DNA of 64,000 nucleotides from Aulosira sp. ZfuVER01 (GCA_034530615.2 JAVRCV020000031.1:96001-160000), one strand, 5' to 3'; shown: positions 53,207 to 64,000, counted from the first letter of the stretch. Translations and numbers: made by a program. Notes: generated by a model not told the origin, from the sequence alone.

Positions 53207-54550
53207 ATGAAGTTTGACAAAATATTAATTGCCAATCGGGGAGAAATCGCCCTTCGTATTCTCCGCGCCTGTGAAGAAATGGGAATTGCCACAGTTGCGG
53301 TTCACTCTACTGTTGACCGTAATGCTCTACACGTGCAACTTGCCGATGAAGCGGTTTGCATTGGCGAACCAGCCAGCAGTAAAAGCTATTTGAATATTCC
53401 CAATATTATTGCTGCCGCCTTGACACGTAATGCCAGCGCCATTCATCCTGGATATGGCTTTTTGGCAGAAAATGCCCGGTTTGCAGAAATTTGTGCTGAC
53501 CATCATATTGCTTTTATTGGCCCAACTCCCGAAGCTATACGCTTGATGGGGGATAAATCCACTGCCAAAGAAACCATGCAAAAAGCTGGTGTACCTACGG
53601 TACCCGGTAGTGATGGTTTAGTAGAGTCTGAGCAAGAAGGATTAGCACTTGCCAAAGATATTGGCTATCCAGTCATGATCAAAGCCACAGCAGGCGGCGG
53701 TGGACGGGGTATGCGTCTAGTGACTTGTGAAAGCGATTTCGTCAAACTCTTCTTAGCAGCTCAAGGAGAAGCAGGTGCTGCCTTTGGTAATTCTGGCGTT
53801 TATATAGAAAAATTTATTGAGCGTCCACGCCATATTGAATTTCAAATTTTGGCGGATAATTACGGCAACGTCATCCATTTAGGTGAACGGGATTGCTCAA
53901 TTCAGCGACGCAATCAAAAGCTTCTAGAAGAAGCTCCCAGCCCTGCTCTCGACTCAGACCTACGCGAAAAAATGGGACAAGCTGCGGTGAAAGCTGCCCA
54001 GTTTATTAACTACAGTGGGGCAGGCACTATCGAATTTCTTTTGGATAGATCCGGTAAATTCTACTTTATGGAAATGAATACCCGGATTCAAGTTGAGCAT
54101 CCGGTGACAGAGATGATTACTGGAGTAGACTTGGTTGCCGAACAAATCCGGGTAGCGCAAGGGGAAAGACTCAAGTTGAATCAAGACCAAGTAGTTTTAC
54201 AGGGTCATGCCATTGAATGCCGGATTAACGCCGAAGACCCCGACCACGATTTCCGCCCTTCTCCTGGACGTATCAGTGGTTATCTCCCACCTGGTGGTCC
54301 TGGTGTCCGCATTGATTCCCACGTCTACACCGATTACCAAATTCCACCTTACTACGACTCTCTAATTGGTAAATTAATTGTCTGGGGCCCAGACCGTCCT
54401 ACTGCAATTAACCGCATGAAACGGGCGTTACGAGAGTGTGCTATCACCGGACTACCTACAACTATTGGGTTTCACCAAAGAATTATGGAAACGCCGCAGT
54501 TTTTACAGGGTAATGTTTACACTAATTTCGTGCAAGAGTTAAACAGTTAA
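53207..54550 (+). CDS. accC: Acetyl-CoA carboxylase biotin carboxylase subunit
   Basis: [26 protein letters not shown] and [10 protein letters not shown] motifs. Confidence 0.97.
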   Translation: MKFDKILIANRGEIALRILRACEEMGIATVAVHSTVDRNALHVQLADEAVCIGEPASSKSYLNIPNIIAAALTRNASAIHPGYGFLAENARFAEICADHHIAFIGPTPEAIRLMGDKSTAKETMQKAGVPTVPGSDGLVESEQEGLALAKDIGYPVMIKATAGGGGRGMRLVTCESDFVKLFLAAQGEAGAAFGNSGVYIEKFIERPRHIEFQILADNYGNVIHLGERDCSIQRRNQKLLEEAPSPALDSDLREKMGQAAVKAAQFINYSGAGTIEFLLDRSGKFYFMEMNTRIQVEHPVTEMITGVDLVAEQIRVAQGERLKLNQDQVVLQGHAIECRINAEDPDHDFRPSPGRISGYLPPGGPGVRIDSHVYTDYQIPPYYDSLIGKLIVWGPDRPTAINRMKRALRECAITGLPTTIGFHQRIMETPQFLQGNVYTNFVQELNS

Positions 54551-54649
54551 GGGTAGTAGTTAGGGACTAAAAGGACAAGGGAGACAGGGAGGATAAGGGG
54601 AAATTACCAATGCCCAATGCCCCATGCCCCATGCCCCATGCCCTATTCC

Positions 54650-54943
54650 CTAACTTACCCGAGACAACATGGTCAGTAATCCTTGCTGACCCAGTAGAAT
54701 TTCTCGCAGTAAACTGAAAATCCCAACCCAAATAATCGGGGTAATATCTACTCCGCCTATAGGTGGTACTAGCTTGCGCAACAGTACGAGAAAGGGTTCA
54801 GTTGGCCAAGCTATGAGATTCAGGGGGAAGCGATTCAGATTCACTTGCGGATACCAAGTGAGAATAATGCGAAAAATAAACAAAAATATCATCAATCCCA
54901 ACACAGGATTGAGAATCCAAGTAGTCAGGTTAACACCAGTCAT
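54650..54943 (-). CDS. YggT family membrane protein
   Basis: RIILTWYP, PTEPFL..LRKLVPPIGGVDITPII; start ATG 54943. Confidence 0.9.
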   Translation of the reverse strand: MTGVNLTTWILNPVLGLMIFLFIFRIILTWYPQVNLNRFPLNLIAWPTEPFLVLLRKLVPPIGGVDITPIIWVGIFSLLREILLGQQGLLTMLSRVS

Positions 54944-55200
54944 TGGCTTGAAGTAATATCTGTGAACACAGAAAAAATCTAGGTGACACTCAAAAGATTT
55001 TAAGCTTTGTAAAGCACTCTCTATAATTTTAACCAAATGCTGTCACTTCCTGTTAGGCAAGGAAAAGTTAAATTGCCCAAGCAGTTAACCTCATCATTTG
55101 TGCGGGCAGTGGTGATTTTGTCGCTCTTAATTAGAGGCTTCTCAAGGAAGTGATACACCATTAGAATTATGATGAAGTGTGTAAAAAAAGGTTGAGAACT

Positions 55201-55320
55201 ATGACACCTGCTTTAGCAAATTTTCTTTGGAGTCTGTTTTGGGGTGCTGTGATTGTCGTTATTCCTGCGACAGTTGGGTTGATTTTCATTAGCCAAAAAG
55301 ATAAAATCCAGCGTTCATAA
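55201..55320 (+). CDS. psbX: Photosystem II reaction centre protein PsbX
   Basis: [39 protein letters not shown] (39 aa; below ORF-track cutoff); yggT-psbX-ycf66 arrangement. Confidence 0.93.
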   Translation: MTPALANFLWSLFWGAVIVVIPATVGLIFISQKDKIQRS

Positions 55321-55569
55321 TGCTTGCTGGAGTCAGTTTGACTCTCATAAACCATTGTCTGTTAGCGATCTACCTAACCACCAACAGAGCAATTGCTCTT
55401 ACAAAGGACAAGGTATACTTAGCTGACAAACAAAAAATTTTTTAGCTTTCGGTGGATAGCTTCAAAGCTTCTTTACCAGTTGCTTTGAAGCTTCAATATA
55501 TTGTGCTTATTTAGAGTAGTGATTTTAATTGTGACTCGCTAACATAGATTTGATATTGGGAAAACAGCA

Positions 55570-56478
55570 ATGATAAATTTTGGGCTGAACTCAGCCAGTA
55601 TGCTAGCTCAGGTAAATGTGGGGGCAACTCCAGCCACTTTTTTAGGAATTTTCTTGGCTGTGGCTGGGGCAGCACTGTATTTTCTCCGCACTATACGTCC
55701 AGAGCTGTCACGAGATCAGGATATCTTTTTTGCAGCAGTAGGTTTACTTTGTGGCTTCATTTTGATCTTTCAAGGTTGGCGACTAGATCCAATTTTGCAA
55801 TTTGGTCAGCTGCTTTTAGTCGGCACAACTGTATTTTTTGCCGTTGAAAGTATTCGCTTGCGTAGTATCGCTACCCAGCAAGCTAAACGCAACACTCCAA
55901 TTGTGGATGAAGACCGTCCAGTAAGCAACAACTATTCCTACGAAAAGCGGCGGCGGGGATATCAGGCCGAGGTGGATGAAGATTTAGAGCCATTGCCTTA
56001 TGAAGAAGAGGAACGCCCTGTACGCCCACGAATTCGGGCTAGCAGGGATGACCGTTCTTCTCGTGATGATTACTATGAGGATCAACCACCCCGGCGTTCA
56101 GAACGTCGTAGTAGTAACGACAGGCAAGAATCAGGGGACAAAAGTCGTCGTCGTCCTTCTGGGCGTTCTGGAAGTCGTCCCTCAGATAGACTAGAACAAG
56201 AAGATTGGGGTTCTGTTTCTAGAGAGGTTGATGATTGGGACAGTTCGGGAGGAGAAGTGAGAAAATCTTCTCGTCGTGGTAGTAACGGATCGCAGCGTTC
56301 AGAAACTCCTGATGAGGATATCACTCCAAGACCAAGAAGGCGTCGTCCACCTAGTGACTCAACTTCTCGCAGAGAGCGTGAGGATGATGAGGCGATACCA
56401 ACTGACTATGTAGAATACAAACCAATTGAACGACCAGATGATAATTCTGATAATTCAACCAATTTTGATGATATTTAA
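55570..56478 (+). CDS. ycf66: Ycf66 family protein
   Basis: RPELSRDQDIFF...QGWRLDPILQFGQ N-terminal domain; R/D/S-rich disordered tail. Confidence 0.92.
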   Translation: MINFGLNSASMLAQVNVGATPATFLGIFLAVAGAALYFLRTIRPELSRDQDIFFAAVGLLCGFILIFQGWRLDPILQFGQLLLVGTTVFFAVESIRLRSIATQQAKRNTPIVDEDRPVSNNYSYEKRRRGYQAEVDEDLEPLPYEEEERPVRPRIRASRDDRSSRDDYYEDQPPRRSERRSSNDRQESGDKSRRRPSGRSGSRPSDRLEQEDWGSVSREVDDWDSSGGEVRKSSRRGSNGSQRSETPDEDITPRPRRRRPPSDSTSRREREDDEAIPTDYVEYKPIERPDDNSDNSTNFDDI

Positions 56479-56508
56479 AACAGTCAGGGACGATGGAAAA
56501 CAGTTGAG

Positions 56509-57078
56509 GTGAAAAAATTTACACCTAAATTTTGGCTCCAACGACCGATTCATTGGAGCCTAGTTTTTAGCTTGGCAAGTGTGCTTGTATCTTGTAGTTC
56601 TAGTGATATCCCGATTGGGCCTACGTCTCTCAACAGTCGTTACACAGAAGAACAACCGACTTTGAGTGGAAATGGGCGCTTTTTAGCTTTCGTCTCCAAT
56701 CGTAATGGTAGTCATCAAATTTTGGTATATGACTTAGATCGCCAAAGTTTTATGCGCACTCCAGGCTTAAACCGACCAGAGACAATTGCCGAAAGTCCTA
56801 GCCTGAGCTACACAGGACGTTACATTGCTTATCTGACTAGCGACCAAGGTAGACCAGTAGTAGCACTTTACGATCGCGCTATCCAACAGTCACAAATTCT
56901 TACCCCTATTTATCGTGGCTGGGTGAGAAAACCGGGTATCAGCCCAGACGGACGTTATATAGTATTTGAAACCGCTAGCCGCGGTCAGTGGGACATTGAA
57001 GTCCTAGACCGAGGGCCAAATATTGAGTTAGATATTCCCAATGGTGCAACAGTCGCTCCACTGCCCACAGCGCCATAG
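56509..57078 (+). CDS. TolB-like PD40 repeat lipoprotein
   Basis: Lipobox LVSC; P.LS..GR..AF.S repeats. Confidence 0.85.
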   Translation: MKKFTPKFWLQRPIHWSLVFSLASVLVSCSSSDIPIGPTSLNSRYTEEQPTLSGNGRFLAFVSNRNGSHQILVYDLDRQSFMRTPGLNRPETIAESPSLSYTGRYIAYLTSDQGRPVVALYDRAIQQSQILTPIYRGWVRKPGISPDGRYIVFETASRGQWDIEVLDRGPNIELDIPNGATVAPLPTAP

Positions 57079-57154
57079 GTGAAAATAAGAAAAAATTGTG
57101 AGTTATTAGTTACTAGACTATTTACGATTGACTAATGACTAACTACTAAATATT

Positions 57155-57679
57155 ATGAAACGCTCTATATTTATATCTGTTTTTGCCTGTTCAACTTTGT
57201 TGACTGGCTGTTTCGGCTACCCGCGCATTGTCAGTTATCCATTCGATCCGGGGGGTCGCAGCCTCAACAGTTTAGCCTCAGAATTAGACCCTCAAATTAC
57301 TGGCAGATATATTATTTTTACTACTGACAGACGGGGCAGCCAAGATGTTTACTTATTTGATCGGATAACTGGCAATTTGGTTGATTTACCAGGTTTAAAT
57401 TCTATAGATACGATCGCTTCTCATCCGAGTATTTCTGAGGATGGTCGTTATGTCGTTTTTGCAGCCAGTCGTCAAGGGCGATCGGCTATCTTCCTCTACG
57501 ACAGAGAAACACGCCAATCGCGGAATTTAACTGCTAATCTACAGGCAGAAGTTCGTAATCCCACGATTAGCGCTGATGGCACTAGGATTGCTTTTGAATC
57601 TACTAATAATGGGCAGTGGGATATCTTAATCTATGACCGTTTTGGACGACCGTTAAATATACCTCAAGATCCACGGTGA
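57155..57679 (+). CDS. TolB-like PD40 repeat lipoprotein
   Basis: Lipobox LTGC; PSISEDGRYVVF and PTISADGTRIAF repeats. Confidence 0.85.
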   Translation: MKRSIFISVFACSTLLTGCFGYPRIVSYPFDPGGRSLNSLASELDPQITGRYIIFTTDRRGSQDVYLFDRITGNLVDLPGLNSIDTIASHPSISEDGRYVVFAASRQGRSAIFLYDRETRQSRNLTANLQAEVRNPTISADGTRIAFESTNNGQWDILIYDRFGRPLNIPQDPR

Positions 57680-57697
57680 GGAAGTCTTTGTCATTGG

Positions 57698-58744
57698 TTA
57701 TTCCTCCCCGTCCCCGCGTCCCCCTATCTCTCTTCCCTCGTCTCCAGCCCTGATTACTTCCTCCACAGCTTCAATGAGCGATCGCACTTGTTGAGTACCT
57801 TCTGATGATTCAAAGGAAAGTGGAAATTTACCTTTAGCTATCATCCGCAAACCCAGGGGTGCCAAACTGAGCAATCCTCGAAGATCGCGAAAATAATTAC
57901 CGACCACGTGTAAACCAAATTTACGTTCATCAATCCAGCCTCCTTCCTTCACCAATTCAACTAATGCTTTACGGTGACGAATTGAGCGACCATCGCTGGC
58001 TTGTTTGCGTGAGAGAATTTCTTGTTTAATTTTAGTGATTTGCTCGAGTGGTGCAACCTCCATTGGGCAAACTGAATCACAGTACAAACAACGGGTACAA
58101 CCCCAAACACCTTTAGTACCTTCGTTGTAATTTTCTAACCGATTTTCAGTTTCTTGGTCGCGGGAGTCTGCTACCATCCGGTAAGCTTTAGCTAGGGCAT
58201 GAGGCCCAACAAAATCAGCATTCACTTCCCGAGCATTGCACTCAGAATAGCAAGCTCCACACATAATACAATTACCAGTTTGATCGAGGCGCGATCGCTC
58301 TTGTGGTGTTTGCAAAAATTCTCTTTCTGGAACTTGTCGTGCTGCTGTACTCACATACGGAGTCACCGCTTCTAAATTATTCCAGAAACTGCTCATATCT
58401 ACGACCAAATCCTTAATTACGGGCATATTACCCAGAGGTGCGATCGTGATTTCTGGAATATGATTTACCTCACGGGCTGGCATGAGTGTTTTTTGTAATC
58501 TGGCTATTTCACTGCCAACATTTTCCTTACAAGCTAAAGCCGATCGCCCATTAATTCGCATAGCGCAGCTGCCACAAATTGTATTGCGACAATTTTTACG
58601 ATACGCTAAAGTTCCATCTTGCTCCCATTTAATGCGATTGAGACAATCCAGGATTGTATTGCCAGGTTCTACCTCCAAAAGGTAAGTTTGCAAAACAGGA
58701 GAGGAATTGTGTTGCTGTCGAATTACCTTAAAAATAATTTCCAT
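57698..58744 (-). CDS. sdhB: Succinate dehydrogenase/fumarate reductase iron-sulfur subunit
   Basis: CRNTICGSC, CIMCGACYSEC and CTRCLYCDSVCP Fe-S motifs. Confidence 0.93.
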   Translation of the reverse strand: MEIIFKVIRQQHNSSPVLQTYLLEVEPGNTILDCLNRIKWEQDGTLAYRKNCRNTICGSCAMRINGRSALACKENVGSEIARLQKTLMPAREVNHIPEITIAPLGNMPVIKDLVVDMSSFWNNLEAVTPYVSTAARQVPEREFLQTPQERSRLDQTGNCIMCGACYSECNAREVNADFVGPHALAKAYRMVADSRDQETENRLENYNEGTKGVWGCTRCLYCDSVCPMEVAPLEQITKIKQEILSRKQASDGRSIRHRKALVELVKEGGWIDERKFGLHVVGNYFRDLRGLLSLAPLGLRMIAKGKFPLSFESSEGTQQVRSLIEAVEEVIRAGDEGREIGGRGDGEE

Positions 58745-60322
58745 GACTACCAACCAAAATTTTGAAATTTTTCTACCCGCCTGAACAATCTGAACTACAG
58801 ACAGGTTACTCCGAAAAATGAGCTATACTCTTGTTGCCCTGTATTCCAGCTAGCTGTTAATAGGCTGATGATTAAAGACCTAGCGATTCTGGTACAGTGT
58901 CGCAGAACTAGAGTACTATCCAAAAACACCTCAAAATCCTAAAATATAAGATTTTTGTAGTCGCTCGAAAGCTGGCTTCTCCCAAAGTATTTTAAATTTT
59001 GTAGACACCTTTCAGGTGGCTTCCCTTAGAATATTTTGAATTCCGCACAGCGGTACTAGTTTCAGCATAACCATTAAAATTTTAGTTGTCGGGGTAATAC
59101 AGGCAATATTTGTCTGATTCTATTGACGCAACATCAAAAAAATTATTGCTGCTTTACATTTAATTGACCTGTTTGGCAGGATATATGAGAAATGGTTAGC
59201 CAGAGATGGACTAGTCAAAATTACCTCCATAGTCAAAATAAATCTATTAAATCCACCTTAGGGTAGCAGCACATCTTGATGTCAACAACAGTCAAGACTT
59301 CCCTGGAGGATACCTCAAACGTTTATAAGTTGGGAAGTTTTTGTTTATATAGAAGTGTTAAACCGATAGTTAACATCTTATAGTGGCAATAATGCAATAG
59401 ACAGATGTAGAAAAACTAATTCTTCCCAAAGACAGACGTAAAGAATACTCTGTCTGGTGTTTGTCTGTTGGCTATCAAGAGGGAGCTAAATTTCCATGAC
59501 TTTTGTCTCCTCTCAATCAAGCTAATCTTTGATTTAACTCTCTTGTCAAAACGGGCGGTCTAAATTAGAGTAATTTCTAGAAAAGCACTGCTAGAATACT
59601 CATTACCGTAATCAAGCCCAAGAAAAATCATCACTGCTTTTTACTTCCCAGAGCTAGGAAATTTAAATAAAAATTTACTAGCAAATTTAATTCTAAATAA
59701 AACAACAATTTTGCTATTATTAGTCCATGCTAGTATTTAATATAAAATTACGAAGTAACAAAACCAGTATCCATAGCTGTACAAGCGCGGCTACTACTGC
59801 TTTGTTTATTTCGTAATGTAGAGACAAGAAAATTCACGTCTCTACTAGTAAGGCAAAAGGGTGTATGCCTGTATGACCATTTTCAAATCTCATGCTGTCG
59901 GTAGCTTAAGAGTAATAGTAGGGTAAACCCTATAACTCAACGGCAACAAAGGCAAGCACTGAAAGTGGAAAACCTGCAATTTTTTTGGTCTAGGACTTAT
60001 TTGCAGTAGAACCCACATAATTTGTAAAGGTGGCTTAAAGTTACACCGCTACAGTAGCGCCAAAAGAAAAATTAATTTCATTTTCGTTGGCGAATCATGG
60101 TTAAAAGTGACGCAAAATCACCGAATTTAATACCTGTGATAACCATGACCTCTAATTTTTTGTGGGCAACCATAATAGAGGCGCTTGGGTTTACCCATAG
60201 CAGCAGGAATTTACCCACAGCTTAGTGACCAGAGTAGCTCTGTGCAGATGCTAAAAAGCTAAATGCTGGCACAAGACGAGATCGTTTATTTGTTTGGAGA
60301 AAGTAAGGAAACTTTGAGCATA

Positions 60323-60763
60323 ATGACTGAAACTGCAACCGCACCATTAACCGGAAAAGCATTGCTTGCTAAAGTAAAAGAGCTTTCCAATTTACCACGT
60401 CGAGAACGAGCAAAGCAGTGCGGCTATTACACGGTCACTAAGAATAATCAAGTTCGTGTTAATCTCACTGATTTTTATGACGCTTTGCTATCGGCTAGAG
60501 GAATTCCTCTCAGTCCAGAAGCACCAAAAGATGGCCGGGGTCGTGAACCGACATATCGGGTTAGCGTCCATCAAAATGGTCAAATTGTGATTGGTGCTAC
60601 ATACACTAAAGCAATGGGCTTAAAGCCAGGTGATGAATTTGAAATTAGGCTGGGATATAAGCATATTCACTTGATTCAACTTGGTGAAAGTGACAAAAAA
60701 TTAATCGCGTCAGATTTAGACGTTGACGAAGTGGATGAAGAAGATTTAGAAGATGAAGAGTAA
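60323..60763 (+). CDS. calA: Cyanobacterial AbrB-like transcriptional regulator (CalA type)
   Basis: LTGKALLAKVKEL...CGYY...GREPTYRVSVHQNGQIVIGATYT...PGDEFEIRLG; followed by a CAAX gene as in the Nostoc calA operon. Confidence 0.88.
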   Translation: MTETATAPLTGKALLAKVKELSNLPRRERAKQCGYYTVTKNNQVRVNLTDFYDALLSARGIPLSPEAPKDGRGREPTYRVSVHQNGQIVIGATYTKAMGLKPGDEFEIRLGYKHIHLIQLGESDKKLIASDLDVDEVDEEDLEDEE

Positions 60764-60776
60764 GTTGTTTTAATAA

Positions 60777-60817
60777 TAGAGATAAGTTGAAGGCTGATGC
60801 TTGATAACTTATCTCTA
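60777..60817. terminator. Hairpin after calA
   Basis: Perfect 12-bp inverted repeat TAGAGATAAGTT/AACTTATCTCTA. Confidence 0.5.
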
Positions 60818-60890
60818 CCAAAACAACAAGGTGCAACATCCGAAAAATACGATTAGACCTCTTGCCTAAGTCACTAGTTTTAGTAGAGTC

Positions 60891-61805
60891 TTGATTAAGA
60901 AGCAAGAAATCTATTGTTGCAAGAAGCTAATCGTGTTTTTTTTGCCTATTTTGATAACATTCTTAGAGCCATCAGCCAACACCCTACTGGCATTTCTCAA
61001 AAATGCACCAGTAATAGTTGTCGTGATGGCTTTTTTTATTGCCTGGGTAGGGTGCTGGTTGCCACTAGCAGCAGTAATAGCGATCGCACTCAAATGGCAC
61101 CCAGGTAAAAGTTTGCAGCCAGAGCAAAAATTACCCTTATTAATACCCCTTTATTTATTAGCGCCCTTGATTTTATGGGGCATTAGTTCGCTAGGGCTGA
61201 GATCTTTCTCTGATTATGGCTTTGTTAGTAATCTTTCAATTTTGGGTTCTTTACTCCTAGGTTTTGGCTTGGGAGTAATTAGCTTGGCTATAGTGTTTGC
61301 CTTTCAATTCTGGCTGGGTTGGTGCAAATGGCAACAATCAAGCAACAAGCTAGTACTAGCTAACTTGCTACCAATTCCATTGATAGCTTTATTAGTAGGC
61401 GCTATAGAAGAATTAATTTTTCGGGGTTTCTTATTTACTGAATTAAATCGAGAATACTCAGTTTGGTTAGCAGCCGTAATTTCTAGTGTGATTTTTGCCC
61501 TTTTACACTTAGTTTGGGAACAACGGGAAACCATCCCTCAACTCCCTGGACTATGGCTGATGGGAATAGTACTTGTATTTGCCAGGTTTGCCGATCGCGG
61601 TAATTTAGGTCTAGCTTGGGGACTACACGCTGGATGGGTATGGGCGATCGCTACTTTAGACACAGCAGAACTAATTACTTACACAGGTAAAGTATCTGAG
61701 TGGTTTACAGGTAAGAACAAAAAACCCCTAGCTGGTTTAGCTGGAATTATCTGTGTCCTATTAGCTGGGGCGATTCTCTGGTTATTTCTCGAATTTGTGA
61801 ATTAG
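60891..61805 (+). CDS. CPBP (CAAX/Abi) family intramembrane metalloprotease
   Basis: EELIFRG, FALLH and GLHAGW motifs; start uncertain. Confidence 0.88.
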   Translation: MIKKQEIYCCKKLIVFFLPILITFLEPSANTLLAFLKNAPVIVVVMAFFIAWVGCWLPLAAVIAIALKWHPGKSLQPEQKLPLLIPLYLLAPLILWGISSLGLRSFSDYGFVSNLSILGSLLLGFGLGVISLAIVFAFQFWLGWCKWQQSSNKLVLANLLPIPLIALLVGAIEELIFRGFLFTELNREYSVWLAAVISSVIFALLHLVWEQRETIPQLPGLWLMGIVLVFARFADRGNLGLAWGLHAGWVWAIATLDTAELITYTGKVSEWFTGKNKKPLAGLAGIICVLLAGAILWLFLEFVN

Positions 61806-61923
61806 TAATTACTGTGTGATTGATGATACAGCTAAGAAAATAGCCAGAGCCGATTGACAGTTGTGGAATTGCCAATCATAAAGGTAATTCAAGCTCTTGC
61901 TCAGTTATCTCAATCTCTATAAT

Positions 61924-62658
61924 TTAGATTTTTCTAAAAATGCCAACCCAGCCATCTTTTTTACCTAACCAACCGCATGATATTAGGCATAACAATGTGC
62001 TGATAAATTCTCCAATCTGATGAAGTCTTGTAGCCCAACTCCTGATGTATATTTCCTTCTTTAAAGTAGATTGATAGTGTCTTCTGCGAAACTTAAGGTC
62101 TGTTAACCTAAGCTTATTTCGAGAATAATATTGAACTTGAGTAGCAATTTCACCAAATACCTTGATTATGGAAAGAGGTGAGTATGGTTTTATGTGGTCA
62201 AAATCATCATAAAAATAGTCAGTTAACAAAGGAGTAGCAATGATTAAATATCCACCCATCTTGAGTTTGTCAAGGTAATTATCCATAAAATCTTTTAATT
62301 CAGATGGATGGAAGTGTTCAATAATATGAGACATTAAAATAATATCAAACTGCTCTGTATTATGATTTTTAAGAAATTCTTCTACAGTTACACAATTTAA
62401 TCCTTGCTTTTGATTAGTAGCAATAATTTGAGGATTAATGTCTACTCCTAATACTTTATAGCCTGCTGAAATCAATGCATTCATCTTATTTCCATAGCCA
62501 CAACCAACGTCCAAAATGCGATATGCTGTCTTATTATTTTTAGTATATTTATTTAATAAATCAAGAATAATGGGATTATCATAATCATAAGTCACCACTG
62601 AATAATAAAGTTTTTTGGTTCGTTCATACAGTAGATTAAACATGACAGATTGAGTCAT
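61924..62658 (-). CDS. Class I SAM-dependent methyltransferase
   Basis: ILDVGCGYG, GVDIN, FDIILMSHIIEH and LKMGGYLIIATP motifs. Confidence 0.88.
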   Translation of the reverse strand: MTQSVMFNLLYERTKKLYYSVVTYDYDNPIILDLLNKYTKNNKTAYRILDVGCGYGNKMNALISAGYKVLGVDINPQIIATNQKQGLNCVTVEEFLKNHNTEQFDIILMSHIIEHFHPSELKDFMDNYLDKLKMGGYLIIATPLLTDYFYDDFDHIKPYSPLSIIKVFGEIATQVQYYSRNKLRLTDLKFRRRHYQSTLKKEIYIRSWATRLHQIGEFISTLLCLISCGWLGKKDGWVGIFRKI

Positions 62659-62953
62659 GGTTCCGTTCTCCAGTAAATTACAAAATAGAAATTATCAGTT
62701 AAAAAGTAAAAGATCTATTTTTAGCTAAAAAATCACTAATATTTTTGCTAAATACACAAGAAAAACTATTAATCGCTAACAGCGGTTGCTATAAGAATTG
62801 CAGAGCTTGGTTTAAGTTGTGTGATGAATGTGACGGTAATAAGTAGGGAAATCCGAATCTACTATGTGCAGATATCCCTGACTACTCATGAATGACTACT
62901 TGGACAACAGCCGCTAAGATCCTCAATGAGAGATTTTTATTTAATTACAAATC

Positions 62954-64000
62954 ATGCTAGAACAAGGAACCATCAGTATTCATACTGAAAATATATTCCC
63001 GATTATCAAGAAGTCCCTCTACTCCGACCACCAAATATTCTTGCGGGAACTGGTATCCAACGCTGTAGACGCCATCCAAAAGCTAAAAATGGTATCCCGT
63101 GCGGGGGATTATGCTGGAGATATCGGCGAACCAGAAATCGAAATTTCTATAGATAAAAATAAAAAGACCCTCTCCATCTCCGACAATGGTATCGGAATGA
63201 CAGCAGAGGAAGTGAAAAAATACATCAATCAGGTTGCTTTTTCTAGCGCCGAAGAATTTATTCACAAATATCAAGGCAAATCAGATCAACCAATTATCGG
63301 CCACTTCGGTCTTGGCTTCTATTCCTCCTTCATGGTGGCGCAAAAAGTCGAAATTGATACTCTCTCTTATCAAGAAGGAGCGCAGGCAGTACACTGGTCT
63401 TGTGATGGTTCTCCAGAGTTTACGTTAGATGAATCATCCCGTACAACTCGCGGTACTACGATTACCCTGACCCTGCAAGCTGAAGAAGAGGAATATTTAG
63501 AATCAGCACGGATTAAGTCTCTTGTCAATACATATTGTGACTTCATGCCAGTACCGATCAAACTGGAAGGTGAAGTATTAAATAGGCAAAAAGCACCTTG
63601 GCGAGAGTCTCCTAGTAACCTGAGCAAAGAAGATTATCTAGAGTTCTATCGCTATCTCTATCCTTTTCAGGAAGAACCACTACTTTGGGTGCATCTAAAT
63701 ACAGACTATCCCTTTATTATCAATGGGATTTTGTATTTTCCCAAAATGAAACCCGATGTTGATGTGACTAAGGGGCAGATTAAGCTATTTTGCAATCAAG
63801 TTTTTGTCAGCGACAACTGCGAAGAAATTATCCCGCAATTTCTTATGCCAATGCGGGGTGTAATTGATAGCACCGATATTCCCCTCAATGTTTCGCGGAG
63901 TGCATTGCAAGGCGATCGCACTGTCCGTAAAATCGGTGACTACATTGCGAAGAAAGTAGGCGATCGCCTCAAAGAACTTTACCGCGACAACCGCGAACAA
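62954..64000 (+). CDS. htpG: Molecular chaperone HtpG (Hsp90), 5' part, runs off window end
   Basis: Manual translation MLEQGTISIHTENIFPIIKKSLYSDHQIFLRELVSNAVDA...DNGIGM...IGHFGLGFYS. Confidence 0.95.
   Translation, partial: MLEQGTISIHTENIFPIIKKSLYSDHQIFLRELVSNAVDAIQKLKMVSRAGDYAGDIGEPEIEISIDKNKKTLSISDNGIGMTAEEVKKYINQVAFSSAEEFIHKYQGKSDQPIIGHFGLGFYSSFMVAQKVEIDTLSYQEGAQAVHWSCDGSPEFTLDESSRTTRGTTITLTLQAEEEEYLESARIKSLVNTYCDFMPVPIKLEGEVLNRQKAPWRESPSNLSKEDYLEFYRYLYPFQEEPLLWVHLNTDYPFIINGILYFPKMKPDVDVTKGQIKLFCNQVFVSDNCEEIIPQFLMPMRGVIDSTDIPLNVSRSALQGDRTVRKIGDYIAKKVGDRLKELYRDNREQ

Noticed and set aside
63083..64000. Short ORFs in the track near the window end
   Set aside because: They are shadows of htpG, which the track missed because it has no stop codon in the window.

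Overview
Chromosomal window from a cyanobacterium, most likely Nostocales. The evidence is very frequent HIP1 GCGATCGC octamers, heptamer STRR tandem repeats, and psbX, ycf66, ccsA, sufR-sufBCDS and cyAbrB/calA. The backbone is housekeeping: lysS, glgA, hemC, suf operon, ccsA, tRNA-Leu(GAG), accC, sdhB and a partial htpG. Three accessory patches interrupt it. (i) At ~9.2-14.8 kb: hicB-hicA, an array of ten HIP1-cored 21-bp repeats abutting a broken HUH/RAYT-type transposase, and a CHAT-protease/AAA_35 plus AAA_35-TM-TPR-GUN4 gene pair whose junction appears split by a nested MITE. (ii) At ~17.4-19.4 kb: a decayed duplicate of a metallophosphoesterase 3' end, a truncated GDSL gene and a MITE with TTA target duplication. 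(iii) At ~19.4-37.5 kb: an antiporter, a divergent cluster of repeat-rich, membrane-associated stress-like proteins with a shared upstream motif, and a giant Ser/Thr-His hybrid kinase pair. No CRISPR array, rRNA, integrase or intact transposase was seen. All family assignments come from recognising motifs by eye; no database searches were run.
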